DNA of 32,000 nt, from positions 180,001 to 212,000 of the forward strand of contig NC_007494.2 in the NCBI RefSeq assembly GCF_000012905.2, written 5' to 3'. How positions within the stretch are numbered: the first letter of the stretch is position 1; the number at the start of each line of letters is the position of its first letter. The notes beneath the pieces are model-generated. The model did no database searches. It worked only from the letters and a program-made list of their open reading frames with translations, and was not told the origin of the DNA. The stretch comes from Cereibacter sphaeroides 2.4.1. Its GTDB lineage: Bacteria; Pseudomonadota; Alphaproteobacteria; Rhodobacterales; Rhodobacteraceae. Made by a program: the position numbers and the translations under genes. Of this stretch, positions 24,012 through 32,000 are shown piece by piece.

Positions 24012-25664
24012 TCATCCGTCGGGCTGCGCCGTCTCCGCCGCTTCCGGCTCCTCTCCGGAAGGGGCTGCGCGGCCCTCGATCTCCACATTCACCAGAACCA
24101 CTCCGCCGGCGGCGAAGGCGCGCCGCAGGGCGCCCCGAAGCTCGGACCGGCATGTCACATGGGCGCCCGTGCCCCCGAGGGCCGCGGCGACCAGATCGTA
24201 ACGGGCGCCCGAAAGCTCGCATCCATGGACGCGGTCGGGGCCGAATTCGCGAAGCTGCAGCAGATGCTCGGCATTCCAGCGGCGGTCGTTGCCGATCACC
24301 ACCACGAAGGCCGCGCCCGCGCGCACCGCCGTCTCGAGTTCTGCCAGATGAAAGCCGATGCTGCCATCCCCGCTGGCGACCGCGATACGGGCCTCGGGGC
24401 AGGCGAGGCTTGCCGCCACCGCATGCCCGAGCGCCCCGCCGATCCCGCCTGCGGGCCCGTTGATGAGCCGTCGGTCGGCCTGCACGAGGGCCTGCGCCCA
24501 CTGGCCGAACTCGCCGCCGTCCGAGACGAGGATCGTCTCGCCCCCGTCCGCGCCCAGAACGTCGGACAGGGTGGCGCAGAGCAGCCCGGAATCGATCGGC
24601 CCCGGCGTCTCATCCGGTGCGGGCGGCGCGGGCCGCCGTCCGAAGCGGGCGCACCAGTCGCGGCGCGCCGCGTCGCAGCCGGCCTCGGGCAGGTCCGCCA
24701 GCCCCTGCGCCAGCGCCCGCGGATCAGCCGCGATCAGGCGGCGCAGCTTCGGGCCGAGGTTGCGGACGGCCTCTTCGCCCGCCCCGTCCTCGGGCTCGAC
24801 CACGATCCAGCCGCAGTCCGCGGAGGTGGCCCGACCGAAGTCGAGCATGTAATCGACGGACTTGCCGAGCGAGATCACGAGATCCGCCTCGGCCATCCGC
24901 TGCCGCAGGCCGGGCTGGGCCGGATCGCGCAGGCCGCGCGGGCTCTCCAGCGCCACGACCGGAACGGCGAGCCTCTGACCGAGCCTGCGGGCCAGATCGC
25001 CGCCGCGGGTCGGGCTGAAGAGGCCGCTCGTCACGATCAGCGGGCGGCGCGCTTCCGCGATCTCGGCCGCGAGCCTCGCGGTCTCGCGCTCGCTGGCCGG
25101 CACCGTGGCGGCTGCGGTCCGGCTGCTGCTCGGCACACCCTCGGCGCGCTGGGTCAGAAGATCCTGCGGCAGCGCCAGATGCACCGGCCCCGGCCGCCCC
25201 GCCCGGGCCAGCGTCAGCGCCGCCCTGAGCTCGTGCGCCAGCGTCGGCACCGAGCCCACGCGCGCGGAATGTTTGGTGAAGGGCGCGGTCGCGGCCACCT
25301 GATCGAGGGTCTGGAACGCCCCCATCCCGTCCTGCGCCCGGGGCGAGTCCCCGCTAAGGAGCAGCAGCGGCGTCTCGGACTGGCGCGCGCTCATCAGCGG
25401 CCCCACCGCATTGGCAGCCCCCGGGCCCGCCGTGACCAGCGCCACGCCCACTTCGCCCGTAAGCTGCGCCCAGCCCTCGGCCATGAAAACGGCGGCCGCC
25501 TCGTGACGCACATGGACGATCTCGATCCCGGAGCCCAGACAGGCGTCGTAGAGCGGCATGATCTGGTTGCCCGACAGGCTGAAGATCCGGGTCACCCCGC
25601 AATCGACCAGCGTGGAGACGAGAAGATCCGCTCCGCGAAGCAGGAAGGGGCGGCGGTCGTTCAT
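24012..25664 (-). CDS. Thiamine-diphosphate-dependent enzyme (acetolactate synthase large subunit / oxalyl-CoA decarboxylase-like superfamily; specific reaction unknown)
   Basis: GADLLVSTLVDCGVTRIFSLSGNQIMPLYDA...VHVRHEAAAVFMAEGWAQLTG..GVALVTAGPGAANAV is the TPP-enzyme N-domain. The C-terminal GDGSIGF...NDRRWNA is a TPP-binding GDG...N motif. I chose the start ATG at 25664, which has GGAGG 10 nt upstream. The ATG at 25673 is too close to the SD, and the upstream extension to 25760 has low GC3. Confidence 0.85.
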   Translation of the reverse strand: MNDRRPFLLRGADLLVSTLVDCGVTRIFSLSGNQIMPLYDACLGSGIEIVHVRHEAAAVFMAEGWAQLTGEVGVALVTAGPGAANAVGPLMSARQSETPLLLLSGDSPRAQDGMGAFQTLDQVAATAPFTKHSARVGSVPTLAHELRAALTLARAGRPGPVHLALPQDLLTQRAEGVPSSSRTAAATVPASERETARLAAEIAEARRPLIVTSGLFSPTRGGDLARRLGQRLAVPVVALESPRGLRDPAQPGLRQRMAEADLVISLGKSVDYMLDFGRATSADCGWIVVEPEDGAGEEAVRNLGPKLRRLIAADPRALAQGLADLPEAGCDAARRDWCARFGRRPAPPAPDETPGPIDSGLLCATLSDVLGADGGETILVSDGGEFGQWAQALVQADRRLINGPAGGIGGALGHAVAASLACPEARIAVASGDGSIGFHLAELETAVRAGAAFVVVIGNDRRWNAEHLLQLREFGPDRVHGCELSGARYDLVAAALGGTGAHVTCRSELRGALRRAFAAGGVVLVNVEIEGRAAPSGEEPEAAETAQPDG

Positions 25665-25759
25665 CGGGATCATGCCTCCGGCTGGTGCACGGCCATCGGC
25701 CGCGATCTGGTCTCGAACGAAGGGGGCGGAGCGGTTCGGCGAGGCTCCACCTGTTCCCA

Positions 25760-25788
25760 TTGACAGGCTAATCGAAAGCTAATCTAAT
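25760..25788 (+). promoter_or_regulatory. Sigma-70-like promoter candidate for the LysR gene within the divergent AT-rich control region
   Basis: TTGACA (25760-25765), N17, TCTAAT (25783-25788), about 58 nt upstream of the LysR ATG. The same region contains the direct repeat gctaatc (25767-25773 and 25778-25784, 11-nt period) and CTGAC motifs (25804-25808, 25826-25830). Confidence 0.4.
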
Positions 25789-25845
25789 AAAAACAAATAA
25801 AAGCTGACATGTGATGTAAGAAAATCTGACGAAAGAGAGGGGCGG

Positions 25846-26742
25846 ATGTCGATCCGGATGCTCCGCACGCTGATCGCGGTCAGCGAGCACGGGACCTTCA
25901 GCGCGGCGGCGGAGTCGGTGTTCCTGACCCATGCCGCGGTCAGCCAGCAGATGCAGAAGCTGGAAGAGGATTTCGGCATCCGCCTCTTCGACCGCTCGCG
26001 GCGCAGCCCCGAACTGACGCCTCTGGGGCAGGCCTTCGTCAGCCGCGCGCGCGACGTGGTGGCGGCCTACGACGGGCTCGCGCTCGCGGTGACGGGAGAG
26101 GGCAGCGTCGAGGGCACGATCCGGCTCGGCGCCGTGCCCACCACGCTGATCGGGCTCATCCCGGTCGCGGTGACGCTGCTCAAGCGCGACTTTCCGGCGC
26201 TCAGCGTGACCATCGTGCCGGGGCTGACCACGAACCTCCTCCAGCAGGTCGAGCGCGGCTCGCTCGATGCGGCGGTGCTCACGCGGCCCCATGTGGTGCC
26301 GCGGCGGATGGTCTGGAACCATGTGGCCGACGAGCCGCTCGAGCTTCTGGCCTCGCACGACACGGCGAGCGACGACCCGCTGGAACTGCTGGCCACGCAG
26401 CCCTTCATCCGCTTCTCGCGGCAAGCGGTGGTGGGCGGGCTGATCGAGGCCTGGCTCCAGCAGCGCCGGATCGAGGTGCGCGAGAGCATGGAGCTCGAGA
26501 GCCTCGAGACGATCTCGAGCATGGTGCTGGCGAACCTCGGCGTCTCCATCGCGCCGCGTCCCTGTGTCGATCACATCAACCCTCTGCCGCTCAAGCACAT
26601 CCCGCTCGACGCGGGCGGGCTCCGACGCCAGCTCGGCCTCAGCAGCCGGGCCGACAATGCGCGCCCGCGCGTCCTGCGCATCCTGCACGAGAAGCTGGTG
26701 CAGGCGGTGGGCATCGGCGTGCTCGACCCTTCTTCCCTCTGA
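25846..26742 (+). CDS. LysR-family transcriptional regulator
   Basis: MSIRMLRTLIAVSEHGTFSAAAESVFLTHAAVSQQMQKLEEDFGIRLFDRSRRSPELTPLG is the classic LysR winged-HTH N-terminus. The length is 298 aa. The gene is divergent from the TPP-enzyme operon. GAGAGGGG lies upstream of the ATG. Confidence 0.93.
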   Translation: MSIRMLRTLIAVSEHGTFSAAAESVFLTHAAVSQQMQKLEEDFGIRLFDRSRRSPELTPLGQAFVSRARDVVAAYDGLALAVTGEGSVEGTIRLGAVPTTLIGLIPVAVTLLKRDFPALSVTIVPGLTTNLLQQVERGSLDAAVLTRPHVVPRRMVWNHVADEPLELLASHDTASDDPLELLATQPFIRFSRQAVVGGLIEAWLQQRRIEVRESMELESLETISSMVLANLGVSIAPRPCVDHINPLPLKHIPLDAGGLRRQLGLSSRADNARPRVLRILHEKLVQAVGIGVLDPSSL

Positions 26743-26754
26743 CGGAGCCCTTTC

Positions 26755-27516
26755 GTGACCCTCGACTTCCTCCTTCTCTTCGGGCTCGGCGCGGCGGCGG
26801 GCGGGTTCGTCAACGGGCTCGCGGGCTTCGGCACGGCGCTCTTCGCGCTGGCCTTCTGGCTCGAGATCCTGCCGCCGGCGCAGGCCGTGGCGATCTCGGC
26901 GGTCATGTCGGTGACGAGCGGGCTGCCCGGCCTCTGGGCCGTGCGCGAGGCGATCTCGCGCCAGCCGCGGCGCATCCTGCGCTTCGTGCTGCCCGCGCTC
27001 GTGGCGGTCCCGCTCGGGGTGCTCTCGCTTCAATATGTCGAGGCGGGGTGGCTGAAGCTGGTTATCGGTGGCTTCATGGGGCTTTACGGGCTCTTCTTCG
27101 CCTTCCGCCGCACCTTGCCCGCGCTCGATCTGCGAATGCCCGTGGCCGATATGGCGGTGGGCTTCTCCGGCGGCTTTCTCGGAGGCGCGGCCTCGCTCTC
27201 GGGGGCGCTGCCCACCATGTGGTGCACGCTCCATGCCTGGACGCGGCAGGAGCAGCGCGGGGTTATGCAGCCCTTCAACGTCACCATCCTCGGCGCGACG
27301 GTGGTGCTCCTCGCGTTCCAGGGCGCCTACACCGCCGAGACGCTCCTCCTGATCGCGGGCGCATTGCCGGTGACGATGCTCGCGGCACAGGTGGGCGTCC
27401 GGCTCTTCGCGCGGCTCACCGACGCGCAGTTCAAGCGCCTGCTGATCCTGCTCCTCTTCGTCTCGGGGGCGAGCATCCTCGTGCAGGAACTGGGCAAGGC
27501 GCTGATGGCGCTCTGA
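26755..27516 (+). CDS. TSUP / TauE-SafE family membrane protein (putative sulfite or organosulfonate anion transporter)
   Basis: LLFGLGAAAGGFVNGLAGFGTALFALAF... and the second-half repeat GFSGGFLGGAASLSG fit the DUF81/TSUP internal-repeat architecture. The start is GTG at 26755, 12 nt after the LysR stop, with GGAG 7 nt upstream. The gene is probably co-transcribed with the LysR gene. Confidence 0.85.
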   Translation: MTLDFLLLFGLGAAAGGFVNGLAGFGTALFALAFWLEILPPAQAVAISAVMSVTSGLPGLWAVREAISRQPRRILRFVLPALVAVPLGVLSLQYVEAGWLKLVIGGFMGLYGLFFAFRRTLPALDLRMPVADMAVGFSGGFLGGAASLSGALPTMWCTLHAWTRQEQRGVMQPFNVTILGATVVLLAFQGAYTAETLLLIAGALPVTMLAAQVGVRLFARLTDAQFKRLLILLLFVSGASILVQELGKALMAL

Positions 27517-27605
27517 TCCCGGATCGGCGGGTGCGGCCGGCCGCCCGGCCCTGATGCCCGCGATAGGTCGCGCAGGAGCCGCGTCCGGACTGCGCGCCGC
27601 GCCGC

Positions 27606-27624
27606 GCGGCCCCCGAAGGGCCGC
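27606..27624. terminator. Small GC hairpin between convergent TSUP and ABC-2 permease genes
   Basis: gcggccc-ccgaa-gggccgc gives a 7-bp stem with only a weak T content afterwards (cgcctt). Confidence 0.35.
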
Positions 27625-27638
27625 CGCCTTCGCGCCCT

Positions 27639-28763
27639 TCAGCCCGCCAGCACCTTGCGGAAGCGGGCGAGAACGATGGCCAGCGCCACGACCGACATCG
27701 CGGCCATCGCCGCCATCTCCCAGACGACGAGCGAGAGGCCCGCCCCGCGGTAGAGGACGGACTGGGCGAAGGCCACGAAATGCGGCGAGGGGCTGATGAG
27801 CCGCATGACCACCTGCAGCCAGCCCGGCATCGACTCGAGCGGCGTGATCCCGCCCGAGAGCATGAACATCACGATGATGACGGGCAGCACCAGCAGGCCG
27901 AACTGGCCCATGTTCTGCGTGAACGAGGCCAGCATCAGCCCGAGGCTCGCCACCGCCACCACATAGAGCGCGGCGCCTCCGGCATAGAGCGCGAGCGAGC
28001 CTTCGATCGGCACCCCCATCGCCCCCTCGATCACGAAGGCGAGGCTCAGGACCGAGGCCAGGAGGATCACCGCGCCCGTGGCCAGCACCTTCGAGAAGAC
28101 GATCTCGTGCGGGCGCACCGGCATCACCAGCACATGCTCGATGGTGCCGTGCTCGCGCTCGCGGATCATCGAGGAGCCCGACAGGATGAGCGTGAGGATC
28201 GTCACCGAATTCATCAGCTGCATGACGGCGGTGAACCAGCTGCCGGTCAGGTTCTCGTTGAAGCGGTTGCGCGTCTCTACCGCGACGAGCGCAGCGGCGG
28301 GCGCGCCGGGGGCGAGGTAGCTCTGGACCTCGTCCAGCAGGAGCTGGCGCAGGAAGCTCGCGCCGTTGCCGGCCTGCGCGACCGCGGTGGCGTCGATCAG
28401 GATCAGGAGCGTGGCGGGATCGCCGCGGCGCAGGCTCCGCTCGAAGTCGGGCGGGATCGAGACGACCAGTACCTGCCGCCCGGCATTCTGCGCGGCCTCG
28501 GCTTCGGCGGCGGTCAGAAGCTCGGGCGGGGTGAAGAGCGGCGCGCGGATCGCGCCCGCCAGACGGTCCGAGAGTTGGCTCCGGTCTTCGTCCACCACCG
28601 CCACCGAGAGGTTCTTGATGTCGGTGTCGGCCGCGCCCGCCACGAGCCAGGTGGCGACGGTGAAGACATAGATCATCAGCACGATCATCACCCGGTCGCC
28701 GCGGATCGCGCGCAGCTCCTTGACCGTGAGCCGCAGGATGTTCTTCAGGCTCTGTCCGCCCAT
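27639..28763 (-). CDS. ABC-2 type transporter permease (YhhJ-like)
   Basis: 374 aa. It has an N-terminal helix, then a large periplasmic loop (VAVVDEDRSQLSDRL...), then five C-terminal TM helices, which is the ABC-2 membrane-protein layout. The start lies 1 nt after the upstream stop. Confidence 0.88.
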   Translation of the reverse strand: MGGQSLKNILRLTVKELRAIRGDRVMIVLMIYVFTVATWLVAGAADTDIKNLSVAVVDEDRSQLSDRLAGAIRAPLFTPPELLTAAEAEAAQNAGRQVLVVSIPPDFERSLRRGDPATLLILIDATAVAQAGNGASFLRQLLLDEVQSYLAPGAPAAALVAVETRNRFNENLTGSWFTAVMQLMNSVTILTLILSGSSMIREREHGTIEHVLVMPVRPHEIVFSKVLATGAVILLASVLSLAFVIEGAMGVPIEGSLALYAGGAALYVVAVASLGLMLASFTQNMGQFGLLVLPVIIVMFMLSGGITPLESMPGWLQVVMRLISPSPHFVAFAQSVLYRGAGLSLVVWEMAAMAAMSVVALAIVLARFRKVLAG

Positions 28764-28764
28764 C

Positions 28765-31470
28765 TCAGGCCTCCTGCTTGCGCAGCGCGAGGACGGAGAG
28801 CGCGAGATAGGCCGCGCAGAAGCCCAGCATCATCAGCCCCGCAGGCCAGAGCTCGGCCCAGCCGAACCCCTTGACGAAGCTGCCGACCGAGACCGGCTGA
28901 TACCACGCGCCGGGGAAGGCGCGGCCCAGCATCCGCGCGGCCGGGGCCAGCGACGAGACCGGCACGATCAGCCCCGAGAAGTTGATGGTGGGGATGATGG
29001 TGATGATCGCGGTGGCAAAGACCGCCGTCACCTGCGTCGCGGTGAAGGAGGAGATGAACTGCCCGAAGCCCGTTGTCGCCACCACATAGACCGCCGAGAT
29101 CGCGGCGAGCGCGCCCAGATCGCCCGAGAAGGGCACCTCGAACAGCAGGCGGGCCAGAAGGAACAGCACCCAGAAGCTACCCCAGGCGATCACGGCATAG
29201 GGCAGCTGCTTGCCCACGAGGAATTCGGCCCGCCCGACCGGCGTCGAGCGGAAGTTGGCGATGGTGCCGCTCTCCTTCTCGCGCACGACCGAGACCGCGG
29301 CCATGATGGCGGGCACCAGCATCAGGATCAGCATGATGATGGAGGGCACCATGGCATTGGCCGAGAGGAACGCCTGATTGTAGAGGAAGCGCGTCTCGAC
29401 CGTGACCGGCGAGGCTGTGCCGCGTCCCTCCTCGCGCGCGAGCCGGGCCGCGAAGGTCTGCAGCACGCCCGCCGCATAGCCGCGCGCGGTCTCGGCGCGG
29501 AAGGGCATGGCCCCGTCGATCCAGAGCGAGACCTCGGGCACGGTGCCGCGCCGGAGGTCGTGGCCGAAGCCGTCGGGGATCTCGAGCGCGACTGTCACCG
29601 CGCCGCGCGTCATGCGGGCATCGAGATCGGCCCGGCTGGCGAAGTCCGCCCGCCGGTCGAACTGGCGGATGCTCGCGAATTCGTCGACGAGGGCGCGGCT
29701 CTCGGCGCTGCGGTCCTGATCGTTGACGGCGAAGCTCAGGCGGTTCACGTCGAAGGAGATGCCGAACCCCATGGTCAGCAGCAGGATCACCGGCGCCGCT
29801 AGCGCGAAGAAGAGCCGGATCGGGTCGCGGACGAGCTCCAGCGTCTCGCGCCAGCTGTAGGCCCCGGCGCGGGTCAGCGCCTGCCGCATTCGCCCCGCGG
29901 GCGGGGCGGGATCGGGCGGCACCATGGCCGCCGCCTCGCCGCCGGCCGAGCCGGTCTGCTCCTCGAGGCAGGCGATGAAGGCCTCCTCGAGCGTGGCTGC
30001 CCCGCGGCGGGACACGATCTCGGCCGGCGTCCCCATCTCGAGCACGCGGCCCGCATGCATGAGCGAGATGCGGTCGCAGCGCTCGGCTTCGTTCATGAAA
30101 TGGGTGGTGATGAAGATGGTCACGCCGCGCTCGCGCGAGAGCACGATGAGCTTGCGCCAGAAGTCGTCGCGCGCGAGCGGATCCACGCCCGAGGTGGGCT
30201 CGTCGAGGATCAGGATCCGCGGCTCGTGGATGGTGGCCACCGCGAGCTGGAGGCGCTGGCGGATGCCGAGCGGCAGGCTCTCGGGTTTCTGATCGGCGAC
30301 CTCGGCCAGATCGAACTCGGCCATGACCTCGGCCACCCGGGGCGCGCGCCGCGCGGCGGGCAGGGCATAGAGCTGGGCATGGAGCGTCAGGTTCTGCCGC
30401 ACGGTGAGCTCGCCATAGAGCGAGAAGCCCTGCGACATGTAGCCGATGCGCATCCGGCTCTGCATGTCGGCGGCGCCCAGCCGCTCGCCGAAGAGCCGCG
30501 TCTCGCCTTCGGTCGCGTCCTGAAGGCCGGTCAGCATCTTCATCGTGGTGGATTTGCCGCAGCCGTTCGAGCCGAGGAAGCCGAAGATCTCGCCCTCGGG
30601 AATGGTGAAGCTCACATCGTCCACCGCGGTGAAGTCGTCGAACCGCTTGGTGAGGTGGCGCGCCTCGATGGCGGGGGTGGCGTCGGGCGCATCGCCCCGC
30701 GGCGGCAGGATGACGGGGGCGGCATCGGCCCCGCCGGGCAGGAGACGGATGAAGGCCGCCTCGAGCGTGGCGGCCCCGGTGCGGGCGCGCAGCTCGGCCG
30801 GGCTGCCGGTGGCGATCACGCGGCCCCCGTCCATCGCGGCCAGCCAGTCGAACCGGTCGGCCTCCTCCATGTAGGCGGTGGCGACGAGGACGCTCATCCC
30901 CGGCAGGTGGGTGCGGATGGCCGCGATCAGCTCCCAGAACTGACGGCGCGAGAGCGGATCGACCCCGGTCGTGGGCTCGTCGAGGATCAGCAGGTCCGGG
31001 TCGTGGATCAGCGCCGAGCAGAGCGAAAGTTTCTGCTTCATGCCGCCCGAGAGCTTGCCGGCGGGGCGGTCGGGGAAGGGGTCGAGGCCCGTGGCGCGGA
31101 GCAGCATCTCGATCCGCTGCGCGCGCTCCGGCGCCTTCTGGCCGAAGAGCCGGCCGAAGAACTCGAGGTTCTCGCGCACCGTGAGGGTGGGATAGAGGTT
31201 CCGCCCGAGCCCCTGCGGCATGTAGGCCACCCGCGGCGCCACCGCCTGCCGCTCGGCGCGGCGGGTCATGTCGTGGCCGAGCACGGTGAGCCCGCCGCCC
31301 TGCAGCCGCCGCACGCCCGCGACCAGCGCGAGAAGGGTGGACTTGCCCACCCCGTCCGGCCCGATCAGCCCCGCCATCCGGCCCGCGGGAATGGCGAGGC
31401 TGACCGCATCGAGGGCGGTCACGGTGCCGTAGCGGTGCGAGACGCCCGCGATCTCGGCTACGCTCTCCAT
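28765..31470 (-). CDS. Fused ABC protein: two ATP-binding domains plus a C-terminal ABC-2 permease domain (RbbA/YhiH-like)
   Basis: 901 aa. NBD1 has GPDGVGKST, LSGGMKQKLSL and LLILDEPTTGVD. NBD2 has GSNGCGKST, the degenerate signature LPLGIRQRLQL and ILILDEPTSGVD. A polytopic ABC-2 domain follows. The size and architecture match my recollection of E. coli RbbA (YhiH). Confidence 0.9.
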   Translation of the reverse strand: MESVAEIAGVSHRYGTVTALDAVSLAIPAGRMAGLIGPDGVGKSTLLALVAGVRRLQGGGLTVLGHDMTRRAERQAVAPRVAYMPQGLGRNLYPTLTVRENLEFFGRLFGQKAPERAQRIEMLLRATGLDPFPDRPAGKLSGGMKQKLSLCSALIHDPDLLILDEPTTGVDPLSRRQFWELIAAIRTHLPGMSVLVATAYMEEADRFDWLAAMDGGRVIATGSPAELRARTGAATLEAAFIRLLPGGADAAPVILPPRGDAPDATPAIEARHLTKRFDDFTAVDDVSFTIPEGEIFGFLGSNGCGKSTTMKMLTGLQDATEGETRLFGERLGAADMQSRMRIGYMSQGFSLYGELTVRQNLTLHAQLYALPAARRAPRVAEVMAEFDLAEVADQKPESLPLGIRQRLQLAVATIHEPRILILDEPTSGVDPLARDDFWRKLIVLSRERGVTIFITTHFMNEAERCDRISLMHAGRVLEMGTPAEIVSRRGAATLEEAFIACLEEQTGSAGGEAAAMVPPDPAPPAGRMRQALTRAGAYSWRETLELVRDPIRLFFALAAPVILLLTMGFGISFDVNRLSFAVNDQDRSAESRALVDEFASIRQFDRRADFASRADLDARMTRGAVTVALEIPDGFGHDLRRGTVPEVSLWIDGAMPFRAETARGYAAGVLQTFAARLAREEGRGTASPVTVETRFLYNQAFLSANAMVPSIIMLILMLVPAIMAAVSVVREKESGTIANFRSTPVGRAEFLVGKQLPYAVIAWGSFWVLFLLARLLFEVPFSGDLGALAAISAVYVVATTGFGQFISSFTATQVTAVFATAIITIIPTINFSGLIVPVSSLAPAARMLGRAFPGAWYQPVSVGSFVKGFGWAELWPAGLMMLGFCAAYLALSVLALRKQEA

Positions 31471-31474
31471 GCCC

Positions 31475-32000
31475 TCAGTCCGGCAGCTTCACGGCCAGAT
31501 CGGCGGGCCAGTCGCGGCCGGGCTCGGTGCGCACGAAGCCCAGACCGCGGACGCCGGTCTTGATCTGGGTCTCGAACCGGGAGAGCAGCTCGGGCGGCAC
31601 CCGGAGCTTCACCCGGAACACCAGATCCTCGCGCTCCGAGGCGGTCTCGACCGACTTCGGCGTGAACTGCGCCTCGGGCGAGATGAAGGTGACGGTGGCG
31701 GGGATGACGTAGCGCGGCACCGGATCGAGGATCAGCCGCGCCTCGTCGTTCAGCACCAGCGGCCCCACGTCGGCGGCGGGCAGGTAGATGTTCATGTAGA
31801 CGTCGGAGAGGTCGAGGATCGAGACCACCGCCGCGCCGGCCGCCACCACCTCGCCCGGCTCGCGCAGCCGGTAGACCACGCGCCCGCGCACCGGGGCCGC
31901 GATCGTCAGATCCTCGAGCGCGATCTCGGCGCGGGCGAGGTCGGCCTCGGCGGCAGCGATCAGCGCTTCGGACTCCGTCACCTGCGCCCGGGCCATCTTC
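31475..32000 (-). CDS. HlyD-family membrane fusion/secretion protein (YhiI-like), with the 5' part beyond the window
   Basis: This is the C-terminal region: LTIAAPVRGRVVYRLREPGEVVAAGAAVVSILDLSDVYMNIYLPAADV...ATVTFISPEAQFTPKSVET, the typical HlyD barrel-sandwich and beta-barrel end. The frame is open to nt 32000. The stop lies 4 nt before the RbbA-like start. Confidence 0.85.
   Translation of the reverse strand, partial: KMARAQVTESEALIAAAEADLARAEIALEDLTIAAPVRGRVVYRLREPGEVVAAGAAVVSILDLSDVYMNIYLPAADVGPLVLNDEARLILDPVPRYVIPATVTFISPEAQFTPKSVETASEREDLVFRVKLRVPPELLSRFETQIKTGVRGLGFVRTEPGRDWPADLAVKLPD

Noticed and set aside
24012-25664. Calling the TPP enzyme sulfoacetaldehyde acetyltransferase (Xsc) because of the taurine-type transporter context
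   Set aside because: The N-terminal sequence does not resemble my recollection of Xsc and the protein is shorter. It looks like a generic acetolactate-synthase/oxalyl-CoA-decarboxylase-type TPP enzyme, so I left the function open.
25665-25760. ATG at 25760 (or 25673) as the start of the TPP enzyme
   Set aside because: The extension has about 60% GC3 by my count, against a much higher GC3 in the coding part, and has no SD. The ATG at 25673 is only 1 nt from the GGAGG. The family N-terminus (GADLLV...) fits the ATG at 25664.
23955-25763. 602-aa plus-strand ORF (and similarly 25768..27234 minus, 488 aa)
   Set aside because: These are antisense to the TPP enzyme and to the LysR/TSUP genes respectively. 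The translations are R/H/E/G-rich without motifs, whereas the opposite strands show textbook TPP, LysR-HTH and TSUP motifs.
27780-31563. Plus-strand ORFs 27780..28874, 28720..29802 and 30055..31563
   Set aside because: They are antisense to the YhhJ-like and RbbA-like genes, which carry unambiguous Walker A, signature and Walker B motifs.
1-32000. Mobile elements, CRISPR arrays, defence-system hallmarks (nucleases, STAND/AAA NTPases, toxin-antitoxin pairs)
   Set aside because: I saw no transposase, integrase or recombinase-like ORF, no regularly spaced direct repeats, and no small paired ORFs with TA-like features. The only candidate conflict-type module is the kinase-vWA pair at the window edge, which is reported as a finding.

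Overview
High-GC window (roughly 65-70% by eye) that looks like a Rhodobacterales-type alphaproteobacterial chromosome or chromid; the taxon is inference only. I call 26 protein-coding genes and 1 probable pseudogene. I found no rRNA, tRNA, CRISPR array, transposase, integrase or phage gene. Layout: (i) 1-2991, a membrane Ser/Thr kinase translationally coupled to a secreted vWA protein. (ii) 3423-5786, a mosaic DUF1593-like / 2x beta-sandwich / CBM-like protein containing a tandem duplication with a 543-bp period. (iii) 6412-10983, loosely packed orphan genes (FAD/NAD(P)-binding protein, SMP-30/gluconolactonase, frameshifted DUF2243, MOSC) separated by unusually long GC-rich spacers. (iv) 11633-13668, a yjcH-actP acetate symporter operon. 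(v) 13733-25664, the most interesting part. It holds 13 co-directional, mostly overlapping minus-strand genes: TPP enzyme, NitT/TauT-type ABC importer with two tandem binding proteins, a succinate dehydrogenase/fumarate reductase-like complex in B-C-D-A order, a split Fe-S hydro-lyase, YeiH and NIPSNAP. A divergent LysR-TauE/SafE pair sits at 25846-27516. I read this as an uncharacterised catabolic island, possibly for a substituted or sulfonated dicarboxylate. (vi) 27639-32000, a YhiI/RbbA/YhhJ-type ABC-2 exporter. Many very long ORFs in the six-frame track are antisense or out-of-frame shadows typical of high-GC DNA and were rejected. All family assignments are by-eye motif recognition, and no database search was run.
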